The notes: generated by a model not told the origin, from the sequence alone. DNA of 63,522 nucleotides, filler included, from Octopus bimaculoides (GCF_001194135.2; 3 parts of 3 records of this genome joined end to end with filler, not necessarily neighbours in it); one strand, 5' to 3'. Counted from the whole stretch's first letter, positions 1 to 14,790 are shown. Program-made: numbers and translations.

Positions 1-158
1 ATGTATATGTATATATATGTATGTATATATGTATATTTTTTTTTATTTATGAGTTTCAGCCAAGTGGCTGTGGTCATGCTGGAGCACCACCGTGATTTTC
101 TGTCTTTATGCTTTGCTCGCTTCATGTTCCTTGCATGTATAAATGTATATATATGTGC

Positions 159-195
<37 letters not shown>

Positions 196-980
196 TCACC
201 ATTCGAGCGTGATCGTTGCCAGCATCGCCTGACTGGCCCTCATGCCGGTGGCATGTAAAAGAACCCACTACACTCTCGGAATGGTTGGCAACCCAACACT
301 CAGACAAATACAGGAGTACGTCCTCATAAATGAAACATCCCCAGTACTAAATCAGAAATACACATAGAAGGTAGTCATACTCCAATATCTACAGTTTATA
401 TATACACAGGTAGAACTGTTAGTAGGCTATTATGTAGATGTGTATATATATGTGTGTGTGTATGTGTGTAGGTAAATGGATATGTAAGTAAATAGACAGG
501 TAAATAGATATATAGGTAGGTACATAGGTAATACAAATGGACAAGCACACACATACACAAAGACTGAAACACACGACCACATACACACACGCACACAAAA
601 GGACACAGGGAGACACACATCCATACATAACAGATGCACGTACACAGTCACATGAACCCATACACATAGACACACTCAAACATGCACACAGGAGACAGAG
701 GTACACACACACACACACATGAACACACCAATACCTGAATATGCAGAATAAATACATACAAACGTACACAGATGCATACATATATATATGCACACATACA
801 TATGTGTATACATATGCATACATACATATTGTGTATACACATGCATACTGATGCACACATATGCACACAAACAAACAAACAAGAAAAACGCAGCTCTGAT
901 TACGGACAGAGTCAATGACTATTGAAAAGGTTGCAAGATGCAACAAAAATTTTATAAAAAATAAATAACTAAATATCATA

Positions 981-1025
<45 letters not shown>

Positions 1026-1065
1026 GATATACATATATTACTAATGAACCGAAAGAATACATTAT

Positions 1066-1387
1066 TTACATTATTTACATTAGACGGATATTTGTCCTCA
1101 TCTTGTTTGTTGTTAACACGTTTCGGATGATATACCTTTCAGCCTTCATCAGATGTCTTGGGGTAATTTCGAATCTGGGTTCCCATTCCTAAGGTATTTT
1201 TCAATGTTATTATTATTCAGATCACTGCCTGGAATCGAACTCGGGATCTTGGGGTTAGTAGCCCATGCTCTTAACCACTATGCCATATGCCCGTAGGCAT
1301 AGTGGTTAAGAGCGCGGGCTACTAACCCCAAGATTCCAGGCAGTGACCTGAATAATAATAATAATAATGATAATAATAATAATGATG

Positions 1388-1440
<53 letters not shown>

Positions 1441-1468
1441 AACAACGATAATAATAATAATAATGATA

Positions 1469-1513
<45 letters not shown>

Positions 1514-1660
1514 ACATCGAAAAATACCTTAGGAATGAGAACCCAGGTTCGAAATTTTCCCAAGACACCTGATGAATGCTGGAGGGTATATCAGCTGAAA
1601 CATTGTGTTAACAACAAACAAGATGAAGACAAATATCCGTCTAATGTAAATAATGTACAT
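1066..1660. mobile_element. Palindromic non-autonomous element: Penelope-like terminal arms with hammerhead motifs around an inverted tRNA-SINE-like head and (AAT)n/(TAT)n
   Basis: 1066-1215 is the inverse of about 1510-1660; 1218-1285 is the inverse of 1295-1350; A-box-like GGCATAGTGGTTAAGAGC and B-box-like GTTCGATTCC (minus strand) in the core. Confidence 0.7.
1564..1609 (+). ncRNA. Degenerate Penelope-type minimal hammerhead ribozyme motif
   Basis: GACAC-CTGATGA-at GCTG gagggtatat CAGC t-GAAAC-ATT-GTGTT; the mirror copy at 1115-1157 on minus is also damaged. Confidence 0.55.
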
Positions 1661-2959
1661 AATTCCTCATCTCTAACAGAAAGAATGCCCAGTATCGGAC
1701 AAGTGAATAATATAATACTTTTAAATAGAGTTCTTATTTTTATAGTACCATAGGTTTTCTGCAGGAACAGTCACTATTCATTTGATGATGTTGAGTGTGT
1801 GTGTGTGTGTGTGTGTGTGTGCACGCACATACAACATTGAATTGGTTCTGAATAAAGAAGACTATTTATATAGCATATATAAAGGGAATTAATCATCCAC
1901 AGTTTGCCCAGCATTGGTTGTTTCCTTTATAATGCACCTCAGCTGAAACAGTTTAGTCTAATTTAAATGTAAAGATCTTGAGATGTTCCTATTCATAGTA
2001 CCTGATTATTTTAACCAAAATGTTACAGTATTTCAGTAAAGAATATAATGTATTCACTATATATAATGTATTATATACAATGTATAAAATGTTGAAGCTG
2101 GGATATGTTTCTCCCTGTTTATATATGTGCAGATGAGTGCTTATATGATGTACATGAGTATGTGTAAATAAGCATATGTGCATTATTATGCATGATGATC
2201 ATCATCGTTGTCGTCATCTAACATTCATTTTCCATGCTGGCATGGTTGGAGGTTTGACAGGAGCTAGCAAGCCTGAGGACTGCACCGAGTTCCACTGTCT
2301 CTTTTACAGCTGGATGCCCTTCTTAACACCAACCACTTTACAGAGTGGACTGAGTTTTTAACATGGCACCAGCACTGGTAAGGTCTGTTGGCATAGTTAT
2401 ATAAGTATATAAATGCATACATTTGCATATATACCCTCTCATAGTACAGCATCCACAACCTCTTTCAGTCTGTCTAGAACCACTTTGTTAAAACATAACC
2501 AGGCACTGACAGCAGTGCAATGCTCCATCAGTTATTGCAGTTGGATAGGTCTTCCTTTTTGTGGCAGTTTCACAATGATTCCTTCTTGCCAATTCTGTGG
2601 CACTCTCTGCTCATGCCAGCAGTAATTTATCAGACTTATCAGCTCAGATAGTACAGTGTTCCCACCATGTTTGAGCATTTCTGCATTTTGTTGCCCCTAC
2701 AGTTCTTACTTGCAATAGACTTTATCCTAAAGAACACAGCATATCTGATGGGGAATATCACTAAAACATATCATCTCAGAGAATGCTATTGCAAACTTAG
2801 ACAAGGGAATGTGTGAAAAACAAAATACGAATTCTGAAAGAAGTATCTATAAAACTACTTATTAAATATCAGATGGCTCTGGGGGTCAACCAAAATAAAA
2901 CAGTAATGAATGGGGTGCATAAGTAAAAAATAGTTGAGAACCACTGGTCTAGACTGAAA

Positions 2960-4090
2960 GACCTGAATTTTGCTGAGGATGGCTGTACAGGCCCTATACA
3001 GAGATGCCGTCAGTAGGGTTAGGATTGGAAATGAGTATAGCGAAGAATTCTGGGTAGAAGTAGAGGTCCACCAAGAATCAGCCCTCAGCCCCTCTTATTC
3101 ATCATAGTCTTCCAGGCAATAACAGAGGAATTCAAGACAGGTTGCCCCTGGGAGCTCCTCTATGCTGATGATCTGACCCTCATAGCACAGTCACTACCAG
3201 AACTAGAGAAGAAATTTCAGGTTTGGAATCAAGGTTTAGAATTGAAGGGCCTTAGAGTCAATGTCGCAAAGACCAAAGTTCTAGTAAGTAGGAAGGTGAA
3301 CACATCACACACCCCTTCAGGTAGGTGGCCCTGATCGATCTGTAGAAAAGGTGTATGTAGAAACTCCATAAGATGTACCCAGTAAAAGTTATGGACACAT
3401 AAGAGGTGCAGCAACATCAAAGGAAGATTAACCGGGAAGATAGCTTTCATGTGCAGCAGATGCACAGGGGCAATAAACACCACAGATGCTCAGAAAACAG
3501 ACTCCATCACATGCCAGGGGGAGAAACTAGAAGTAGTTGATAACTGTAGTGGGGGTGGATGCTCAGAGAGTGTTACCACTAGAATAAGAATAGCCTGGGC
3601 AAAGTTCAGAAAGCTTCTACCCCTACTGATGACAAAGGGCCTCTTGCTCAGAGTGAAAGGTAGATTGTATGATGCAAGTGTGTGAACTGCCATGCTTCAC
3701 AGCAGTGAAACATGGGCCATGACTGCTGAAGACATGCATAGACTCTAAAGAAATGAAGCTAGCATGATCTGCTGGATGTGTAATGTCAGTATGCACACAC
3801 GACAGAGTGTAAGCGCCCTGAGAGAAATGTTGGACATAAGAAGTATTGGATGTGGCATGCAAGAGAGACGTTTGCATTGGTATGGTCATGTACTGTGGAT
3901 GGACGAGGAGAGCTGTGTGAAGAAGTGCCACTCCCAAACAGTGGAAGGAATCCAGGGTAGAGGGAGACTGAAGACATGGGATGAGGTGGTGAAGCATGAC
4001 CTTCAGACATTGGGCTTCATGGAGGCAATGACAAAAGACTGAGACCTCTGGAGGTATGCTGTGACTGCGAAGACCCATCAAATAAAGTGA
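2960..4090 (+). mobile_element. RTE-clade LINE, degenerate 3' part of reverse transcriptase ORF
   Basis: FQAITEEFKTGCPWELLYADDLTLIAQSLPELEKKFQVWNQGLELKGLRVNVAKTKVLV; later RIRIAWAKFRKLLPLL, RRLHWYGHVL, GRLKTWDEVVKHDL, with stops and frameshifts. Confidence 0.9.
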
Positions 4091-4559
4091 GTTCACAGCT
4101 GTAACCTACACCAGTGTCGCATAAGCAGCCCACTCAAAAGTACCTTGGATCGTAAGGCGACATGCCATGATTGAGGAGACCTATTGAGTCAAGTACATTA
4201 ATATCAGTAATATCAAAATCAAATTAAATGGAAATTGTAGTTGTGAGCCCTGTGCCAGTAGCACGTGAAAAGCACCATCTGAACATGGCCAATGCCAGTG
4301 CCACCTTGACTGGCTTCCGTGCTGGTGACATGTAAAAAGCACCCACTACACTCTCAGAGTGGTTACCGTTAGGAAAGGCATCCAGCTGTAGAAACACTGC
4401 CAGATCAGATTGGGGCCTGGTGCAGCCTCCTGGCTTCCCAGACACCAGTCGAACCGTCCATCCCATGCCAGCATGAAAATTGGACGTTAAACGATGATGA
4501 TGATGAGTGGCTCACACCAAATCTAGAACAAAATGCTGGAAAGATAGGTCTGTGAATCA

Positions 4560-5195
4560 GTGAGAAAACCAAAATAAACATTACATACAATGACTGTTGA
4601 ATAACAATGATCATAAAGATCAATCAGTAACATATTGAGACAGTTGACAAATTTACTTATCTGGGTAATCTCATCAGTAACAACCGCAATATTCAGACTA
4701 ACATGGAATTGGCAAAGCCATGGCTAAATTCCCGAGAAAGTGTACAATCCAGTCCTCCAACACCATCAGCTTAAATACAAAAATCCAGCTCTATAATAGC
4801 ATAGTTCAACTAATCGTTCTCTATACTAGTGAGACATGGAAGAGCACTGTGAAAATCAGCAGAAAACTAAATGTGTTCCACCAAAGATGATCAAAAAGGA
4901 TTTTGAGAGTATACTGGCAATACCATGTAACCAATGAAGACATTCTAAAGAGAGCCAAAACAAGGCTACTTAGCGAAATTGTCATGGAACAAAGATTAAA
5001 ACTGGTAAATCATATACTCTGGTAACCAGAATAATGCCATTCTAAAACAACTTTGAAGTGGACTCTGCCAGAGGGAGAAAGAGAGGTAGACTGAAAACTA
5101 CATGGTGCAGAACATTCATATTCAACATGAGACAAGTCAATATTGCATGGACACATGTAGCACTTGATACTCACTATGTTCAAGAACTGATACTG
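4560..5195 (+). mobile_element. Older RTE-like LINE 3' fragment
   Basis: VDKFTYLG, LYTSETWKST, YHVTNEDILKRA, RGRLKTTWCRTF motifs with many stops. Confidence 0.75.
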
Positions 5196-5198
5196 ATG

Positions 5199-5237
<39 letters not shown>

Positions 5238-7536
5238 TTAACGTCCGCTTTCCATGCTAGCATGGGTTGGACGATTTGACTGAGGACTGGCAAGCCAGAA
5301 GGCTGCACCAGGCTCCAATCTGATCTGGCAGAGTTTCTACAGCTGGATGTCCTTCCTAACGCCAACCACTCCGAGAGTGTAGTGGGTGCTTTTACGTGCC
5401 ACCTGCACGGGAGCCAGTCCAGTGGCACTGACAACGACCTCGCTCGAATGATTTTCTAACGTGCCACCAGCAAAAGTGCTAGAAGGTAACGCTGGTAACG
5501 AATACGCTCAAATGGTGCCATTTACGGCCCACTAGCCCGGAAGCCAGACAGCCGCTCTGGCAATGAACACGCTCAGACAGCACCGTCAGTGCTCCACTGG
5601 CGCAGGTGCCAGCCATCGAATATGGTTCAATTTCGATTTCACTTGCCCCAACAGTCTTCGCAAGCAGAGTTTAGTGTCCAATGAAGGGGAGGTTGGCATG
5701 GGTGCCAGTCGTCTGATTCGGTTCGATTTTGAATGCGTTATTATTATTTGCAATGCTCAACCAGGATTGTTAACTTGAGTCATTTGTCTAACCCATCATC
5801 ATCACCATCAACATTTAAAATTTGTTTTCCATACTAGCAAGGGCTGGATGGATTGACAGGCACTAGCAAAGTGAGGGACCCACATCAAGTTCCATAGTCT
5901 GTTTTGGTTTGGTTTCTATGGCTGGATGCCCTTCCTAATACCAATCCCTTTACAGAGTATACTGGGTACATTTTACATGGCACAGTGGGTGGGTCTTCTG
6001 AAGTACAGCAATGCACCACATAACTCAGTTCTCTGTCATCTCTTTCATAAGGTTTAGCATTTTAAGATTGGCTTTCAATACTTCATCCCATGTCTTCCTG
6101 AGTCTCCTTCTTCCACAACTTACCTACACTTTAAGTGATCAGTACTTTTTTTATACAACAAACCTCATCCATCTGATATTAAAATATAGTAAAACTATGT
6201 GTGGAGACGTGTGTTTGGGAAATGGGAGGGGGGTGACAATCATGTTGATATGTACATAAAAAAGTAAGCATTTTCATATATTTGTACAAATATTGTCACT
6301 TGGAGTATGTACTTGCAGTGAACTTTCATCCTAGCCAGGTACTACCATTTTGCTCCTTACTGTATGTTGTCTCCATAGTGCAACTACTTGATGGTCACAA
6401 TGTGGTTACAATTTTATGGAAGGGCAATAGAAAATAGAGAATGTAATGTATTATACTGCATGGAGGATATATATGCAACATATGGAGGTGGAGGAAAAGA
6501 TGTTCAAATATTGACCATGTATGATCCTTAAACCACACATGGTCATTATTAGTCTATGTAAATGTGGTGAGCTGGCAGAATTGTTTTTATGTTCTGGGTT
6601 CAAATTCTACTGAGGTCAACTTTGCCTTTCTTCCTTTCAGGGTGGATAAAATAAGTACCAGTTGAGTACTAGGGTTAAAGTAACCATCCCCTGGAATTGC
6701 TGGCATGTGCCAAAATTTGAAACCATTATTAGTATATATTCTTGAATCACACATGACAAATATTAGTTTGTATTCAATAGGTGTTGAACAAGCAACACAA
6801 AAGTGTCTTTGTTCCCTCTTGAAAAGGCGTAAATTTTGAACATTTGGTATGAATACAAATACAAATTTGGATGGTAACAGCTAGGTATGTGTAACGATTT
6901 CATAGTATAGTCCATATTGGCATATAAATGGAAGTCTATGTTCTGCCACAGTAAACTTTTGTAGAGGATATCAGGTTTACTTATTGGAGACAAGATATTG
7001 AAGTCCTTGTTGCAACATTATTGCAGTCTTGTTTATAATTCTCCCATTCCTTGTAGTCGTTAGGGTGAGAAATCATATATTGCAGATGTAAGGGGGGGGG
7101 GATATGGTGGGTTTGGTGCTTATATTATTTTCAATAATGAGTTTAATCATATGTATGCGTCATTGTGGCATACCAGCAAATGGTTCTTATGCTATTTGTA
7201 TATAGTCATAAACTGGCAATTCAATTTGCCCCTGTTTCAGTTCAGATATGTGATGTTGATAAGCCACAAACTTGGTCAAATATCAGTATCCATCACTCCT
7301 GAATGCGATCAGAAATGAGTTGTCTTGCATGTGTATGACTTTCAGGTGTTTTAGCACCCAGCATTATGAGGGAGTTATCTCCAAAGCGCTATTACTGCAA
7401 TGTGCGGTCAATTACATTGTCATGTTGTTGTGCATTAATGTTAAATGATGGGTTGATGTACAAAGTTTAGGGGTTGTGGAATTGCAGAAGTTTTGAGTGC
7501 TTATAAAAAGGCTAAACATTGTAAATAATAATGTAC

Positions 7537-7600
<64 letters not shown>

Positions 7601-8692
7601 ATATGCATGCATATACACATATATAAATGTATCCAAGCTTCAACATTTTATACATTGTACATGATACATTATACATAATATACCCATTATATTACTGTCA
7701 TATCTAAGGTAACATATACTGGGTATCATGCTCATAATCATCATCATTTAATGTTCATTTTCCTTGCTGGCATGGGTCAAATGGTTAGACAATAGTTGGC
7801 AAGCCAGAGATTTGCACCAGGCTCCAAATGTCTGTTTTGGTATGGTTTCTATGGTTGGGTGCCCTTAATAATGCCAACCACTTTGCTGAGTGTACTGGGT
7901 GTTTTTTTATGTGGTACCGTCATCGGAGTTTTTATATGGCATTGCATAGGTATTTTTTACATGGTGCTAGCACAGATGCTTTTCATGTGATGTCAGCATG
8001 GGTGTCTTTTACATGGCGCCAGCATGGGTGTTTTATACGTGGCACTAGCACAGGTACTTTTTCACACATTGCACTAGCACCCACAGGGTCACCATGTAGC
8101 TTGCAAGATAAGGGCTTCTTAACTGAGAGAGGGAGTGGAACTGAGACCAATCGCCATGCGATAGGTTCAGGTATGATAGGGGGACAGGAATAGCTGGCTC
8201 ACTACAGAGAAGATATTTGGCTTGTTCAGTAGGACAAGAAAGGAGGTGGGAGGGAGTTAGAGAGAAAAGTAGAGATAGTCAGAGTGAGAGAGAGAGGGTC
8301 TACCCACAGGGAGCAGTGGGAGAGGGAGAGTATAAGGGGATGTTCCATAAGAGTGTGAGGAAAGATATTCAGAGATAGCAAGTAATGACAAGAAGAATTG
8401 GAGTGACTGGGAGGGAAGTATGGTAGATATATAAAAGCATGGAGAGTGGAAGGGCGTGCAGTGGGTCGTGGGGGTTTTGGGAAAATGGGCTGAAGTGGAG
8501 TTTTGCCTGAGGACATGCCTCTTAAAATCTATTTACGGTCGAAGTCAATCAATCTCAGTCTACAAATAGAGGGGGTTTCTAACACACTAAATTTACAACA
8601 AGGGAAACAATCGATACTACAATCCATTGCAGATTATATCCCTTTACATACTAGTGGATTTGGTTGACGGAAACTGAAAGACGTCCGTCGTA

Positions 8693-10713
8693 TACGTGAT
8701 AGCATCAAAAAGTTCCAGGACTAGTTGTGTTTGATAAAAAAATATAACTTATCTACCTAAGTTTTAATGTCATCTCCTTCGAAGTAGTCACATTGTACAG
8801 CAATACACCGGTCCCAATGTTCCTGCCACTTTTGAACATTTCTTGGTAAGACCACATCTCTAATAAGAGGTTTTGCAGCAAACAAATATGCCTTGTGTTG
8901 AGTCTATATTGCTGGAATCCATGATTGACACCAATGAGTTGAAAAGTGGAAGCTGTCAAAGAGGAGGCTTGAAGCTCTGTTACAAGGAGGTCAATAAATC
9001 TTAGCCCAATGAAGCGGCTAACGTGATTGCAAATGCATAGAAGACAGAGACTGATTGCAAAGAGTGGCAGAGGGATTTAAGAGCAAATGTAGCAGAGTAG
9101 AAGTGGGTGAAGCAGCAAGAAAGAAAGAGAAAAGAAAAAAAGCTAGATGCAAGATCCACTATATAACATCTACTAAAAGTATTCTGCAATAGCTGCAGTC
9201 AGAAATGTATCGGCACCTTTGCTATACATAGCCATAAAGGAGAAAGAACAAAAAGCAAAACATCATTAAAATTTCTTCACTATATTTGTAACAGAAATCC
9301 ACTCTTGCCTCTGCAATTACAAGTGACAGCCAAGGCACAAAAGACAATGTATATTTTTCATTCTTTAACTTGTTTCAGTCATTTGACTGCTGCCATGCTG
9401 GAGCACCTAAGTTATCTACCTAAGTTTTAATGTTATCTCCTTCGAAGTAGTCACATTGTACAGCAATACACCGGTCCCAGTGTTCCTGCCACTTTGGAAT
9501 CCAGCCTGGAAGTCGTTTTCCATGAGATGAGGTTCCTTCTGCAATTTGCTCTTGATCTGCATTTTCATATCGGGGGAAGAGAAGGAAGCCCGCAGATGGT
9601 AAATCTGGTGAATAGAGCGGGTGCGGAAGCGAATCTATGTTGATTTTGGTGAGCAACTCACGAGCGGCGGGAGCTCAGTGACGGGGTACATGGTCGTCAT
9701 GAAGAATCCAATTCTTCTGCACTCTAAAGATCCGGTCGCTTTCGTCGATTGTCCTCCTTCAAACACTTCAAAACGTTGTAAAAGTTTGATAGTTGCCATA
9801 GAGACTTTAGTCTCTCTCTATCACCTTTCAACAGCATTATATATGAAGAGACATTAGAACAATTTTACAACATAATAAAAATAAGTTTTATTTTTGATGA
9901 TGCTTGGTTTTACAATTCCTGTCATTCAGCTTAGCAGCCGCTGATTATATTGTAATTTGGTATTGGAAGGTTAAGGGCTTCCTTGATGCCTGCCAGAGAA
10001 GCAAGTAGCTATCACCATCGAAGGCATCGAGGTGAAGAGTGCTTTGTTGAGGAGCGAGGAGTTGTCACGTAGAAGGTCTGTCGCTCAACTGCCTAACAAA
10101 GTGAAACTCACTCTTTAAGTACCAGTTTTACTACGCATGCACAGAATAGTACTTCCTCAATGGCGGCTATAATTTCGCGCCACTACGTCGTTGANNNNNN
10201 NNNNGGAGTTGTCACGTAGAAGGTCTGTCGCTCAACTGCCTAACAAAGTGAAACTCACTCTTTAAGTACCAGTTTTACTACGCATGCACAGAATAGTACT
10301 TCCTCAATGGCGGCTATAATTTCGCGCCACTACGTCGTTGATTGTCCTCCGACAATCCTCATACACAAGCTGATCAATTTTCTCCACATTTCTGGGGGTG
10401 GCGCTCGTATCAGGTCTTCCAAATCAGTCGTCTTCTAGGGATGTTCTTCCATTTTTGAAGCCCCCCGTGCCACTCGAAACAGTGCATACGACCCATTGTC
10501 TTGTCGCTGTAAGCTTGCCGAAGCACGCTCGATGTCTTTGTAGCAGACTACGCAAGTTTAACGCAAAATTTTACAACTTGTAAAGTAAACACGGCGATGT
10601 CACTCGACACACTGCCTCATGAAGGTCACTGCTAGCTCTCACTGCGCATGCAACTGTATGCTGCCATCTCTTGGCGCGCTACTGAACTAATCCGGGGACT
10701 TTTTGATATTGTA
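8693..10713 (-). mobile_element. Mariner (Mos1/SETMAR-like DD34D) transposon, degenerate and rearranged
   Basis: Imperfect TIRs (atcaaaaagttccaggactag / ctaatccggggactttttgat) with TA flanks; N-terminal IKFCVKL..SAT and HCFEWH at 10390-10590; ELLTKINIDSLPHPLYSPDL and YFEGDNIKT at 9420-9700; 3' end duplicated at 8745-8960. Confidence 0.85.
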
Positions 10714-13700
10714 TACACTAGTTAAGTCAATGTTGTTGACATCTCGTGCAATCCAAGGTTTTTCATTACATTCTTATGAANNNNNNNNNNTTCTGATTGA
10801 ACAAATGTAGACGTTTCTATGTGCTGGAAAATAACACAAATCTATTTAAAAAGTGAGAGAAAATTTTCCAGAGCATTCTTCCCCATCAATTTGTTTTTTG
10901 GGGTGGGGTAGGAGAGAAAGGAACCTTTAAAACAATAGCTTAACTTTTTCTTCAGTAAATCTGGACAGAGAAATTTCTTATTTTTGAAAAGGAACGTCAT
11001 TAATAGTTAATAATCAACGGTATAAACTAAATTTATCAAATAAAAGTATAAAACAATTATCCACTGAGAAATTGAAGACAAGAACAAATAAAGGTGTTTT
11101 TTTCTCATCTAAGCCCTCATCTCTAAAAACAGGTTTCTAAAAGAGAGAGAGAAAATTTCTTTTAAAGCACTCGTGTCTATGACAGGTTTCAGAATGAGAA
11201 AGGAATCTGTAAAACAACAGGTCAATGGTTTCTTTACTAAATAGAAAAATTTAATACCAGTGAAAGAGAAACAGAAAAAGGTGACAGAAAATTTTTTAAA
11301 GTAATAACCCAACTTTTTCTTTACTAAATCTAAACTTAACCAAGTTAAAATCCACTAGAGAGAGGCTTGCAAAATGAATTTTGGCGAAACTTCTCTTAGT
11401 CCCTGAAAGACATCCAAACATTACACACCATTTTGAATGTGTGGTATTAGCTTTCAATTTCTCAATAAAATATGCTTGGTGATGGGGAAATATTACCTTT
11501 CTTGGAAACAGGTAACAGGAAGCTCATCTGACAATAGAAAGATCCACTTCAACAAATTCCATTTGATCCATTCAGGCATGGGAAAGTGGACTTATTTTTA
11601 AGTACTTATTGTATTGCTCTCTTTTGCCGAACCATTAAGCTATGGGAATGTAAACACACCAACACTGGTTGTTAAGCGGTGATGGGGGGGACTGACACAG
11701 GACACACAAAGACACACATACAACGGGCTTCTTTCAGTTTCTGTCTACCAAATCCACTTACAAGGCTTTGGCCAACCTGAGGCTACAGTAGAAGACACTT
11801 GCCCAAGACGTCATGCAGTGGGACTGAACCTGGAATTGGGAAGCAAGCTTTTTACCACAGAGTCCTGCCTGTGTGTGTGTATGTATGTACACAAACACAC
11901 ACACACACATATGCATTGGTTTCAAATTTTGGCACAAGGCCAGTGATTTCAAAGGAAGAGGTAAGTTGATTACATTGACCCTACTGCATAACTGGTATTT
12001 ATTTTATCAACCCTGAAAGGATAAAAGGCAAAGTTGACCTTGGCAGCATTTGAACTCAGAATGTAAACTTGGCAGAAATGCACAGTTATGATTCTACAAG
12101 CTTGCCATTTTATGTATACATTATATCATTTTAGCATCCACTTTCCTATGCCTGACTGGATCAAATGGAATTTGTTGAAGTGGATCTTTCTATGGTCAGA
12201 TGAGCTTCCTGTTACCTGTTTCCAAGAAAGGCAATATTTCCCCATGACCAGGCATATTTTCATGGATGATTAGAAACAAACACTTCTTGCCTTGACTTTG
12301 CATGATAGTTGTGAACAACTGTTACCATTAGGTAAAAGTTGTTTACAACTATCATGCAAAGTCAAGGCAAGGAGACAGTGACCCACACAAACATACATAT
12401 ATATAGACATACACAATGGACTTGTTTCAGTTTCCATCTACCAAATCCATTCACAAGGTTTTGGTCAACCTAGGGTTATTGTAGAAGACATTTGCCCAAG
12501 GTGCTATGCAGAGGGACTGAACTTGAAACCATGTGGTTGGGAAGCAAACTTCTTATCACAAAGCCATATACATACATATATCATCATCATCATCATCATC
12601 ATCACCACCACCACCACCACCACCACCATCATCATCATCATCTAACTAACTAACTAACTAACTGCCATTCTCCATGCTGGCATGAGTTATTATTATTAAC
12701 AGGAGCTGACCAGGCTCCGTTTGTCTGTTTTGGTTTGATCTTACAGCCTTCCTTATGCCAACCACTTTATAGAGTGTACTGGTGCATTTTATGTGGTCCT
12801 GCTAGCCTACATGCGTAGGATCTCTCAGTTGAGAGAGGGACATAGAAGACATGCCTGTATGTATGGATGGCCACAATTTTACTTAGCTTGATGTATCTTC
12901 TCAAGCACAGCAAGCCACCAAATGAGTGAAACCAATATAATTGATGTTTAGTCTAAAAAAGTGTAAGTTAATATGTGAGCAGAAGAATGTTAGCAGGTGT
13001 CAATTCTAGGAACGACTGGATTCAGTGTTGTATCTGGGAAATTAGACATAGTATGTGACAGAAAAGGAGAGACAAATGTTTTAATTTGTATGGTTGGATA
13101 ATGTAAACAGTTAAATAGTTCAGAAGAGCAGAAGTCATCATAATATAGAGAAAGAAACAGCATGTCTACAACCCAATAGTTGTAGCATATTGTGTGAGTT
13201 GTTGCCAATAAACCAAATGATATATGTATATACCATAAAAACCCATGTAATTTGCACACCTGTGTAATTTATACAGGTGATTTTCAGGATAAAAATTGTT
13301 AAAAAAATCTTCAACTCATGTAAAATTCGCACCCAAAAGTTTTCAGAATTGCCAATATGGCCAGGGAAAAAAGGTTTTCAATTTAGTTGTATTTAGCATA
13401 ATTTCACTTACTTATGGTTAGATTTTATTAAATTTTCATTAAATAAAAATAATTTCCGTTTAACAGGTATCACATTGAAAGCTATTAAATTATGAAGTGT
13501 TTGTGTTCATCATCATCATCATCGTTTAACGTCCGCTTTCCATGCTAGCATGGGTTGGACGATTTGACTGAGGACTGGTGAAACCGGATGGCAACACCAG
13601 GCTCCAGTCTGATTTGGCAGAGTTTCTACAGCTGGATGCCCTTCCTAACGCCAACCACTCAGAGAGTGTTGTTTATAATAAACTTTATTTTACATTTCTT

Positions 13701-14562
13701 GCCCAAAAGAGATTATGTCCAATCTTTAATATTCTTCTGTATGTCTTCTCAAATCACAATCACAAGAAAAGTTGTTGATAATTCTTATCAACAAAAACAA
13801 AGCTGATGAATACGCACAAGTGTTGCAAAATAAGTTTAATTACCAATAGACATCAGCTTTGATGACACTTTACTCAACCGACAGGGGAGGGTGACAGATC
13901 AAACTGAATATGTAAACAGAATTCAGATTGGTCAAAAGTGTCTTCTTGTCTTGAGCTCTGATTTTCTGCCTATTCTTGTACCTTAGATATAGAGTATAGA
14001 AATTTTAATCCCTTTCACATTTATAAAATGTCAAGCAAACTTAAAAATTTGTCATTAGGAAGGGCATCTAGCTGTCGAAACACTGCCAGATCAGACTGGA
14101 GTCAGGTGCAGCCTCCTGGCTTTCCAGACCCCAGTCGAACCGTCCAACCCATGCTAGCATGGAAAACAGACGTTGAACGATGATGATGACATATATATAA
14201 AGCAAAAAACATATATAAAATAAAAGAAAGAAAATGCACACAGTTTATATAGTTTTAATATATTTTATGAAAGAAAGAGTATTGTGTTTGTTGACTGGTT
14301 TTGCTTTCGCTAATCATGACATTGAAATTATTATAATAGTTTTGTATTTTCATAACAATATTTTAGTTGTTTATGGGAGTTTGCGAATGAAATGAATCAA
14401 CAGGTAGAAAAATGTAAGGGGAGGTAATTGGTGAATAGAAGAGAATAGATTCTTGGAAGCACNNNNNNNNNNNNNNNNNNNNNNNNNNNNNNNNNNNNNN
14501 NNNNNNTTAATTAATTAANNNNNNNNNNNNNNNNNNNNNNNNNNNNNNNNNNNNNNNNNNNN

Positions 14563-14790
14563 AAGGCGCCGAGCTGGCAGAAACGTTAGCACGCAAAGTG
14601 AAATGCTTAACTGTATTTCGTTTGTCTTTACGTTCTGAGTTCAAATTCCGCCGAGGTCGACTTTGCCTTTCATCCTTTCGGCGTCGATAAATTAAGTACC
14701 AGTGGCGTACTGAGGTTGATCTTATCGAATGGCCCCCTCCCACAAAATTTCGGGCCTTGTGCCTAGAGTAGAAAACAATGCTGAGACAAG
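14563..14790 (+). mobile_element. tRNA-derived SINE (cephalopod type)
   Basis: gagctggcagaa...GAGTTCAAATTCC...gactttgcctttcatcctttc..gataaattaagtaccag; related copies at about 6555-6730, 11930-12080 (-) and 19790-19880. Confidence 0.75.

Noticed and set aside
1306-1753. Poly-Ile ORFs and the many YIYI/CVCV/THTH ORFs in the track
   Set aside because: Translations of (AAT)n, (AT)n, (TG)n and (TACA)n microsatellites
6763-7050. Minus-strand ORF MSPISKPDILYKSLLWQ...
   Set aside because: No splice support or recognisable family in any frame; possibly decayed TE
10066-10341. Exact ~130-bp tandem duplication around a 10-N gap (similar case at 33530-33615)
   Set aside because: Typical unmerged contig overlap
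14507-14518. TTAATTAATTAA palindrome between N runs (also 37202-37213)
   Set aside because: Scaffolding linker, not biological
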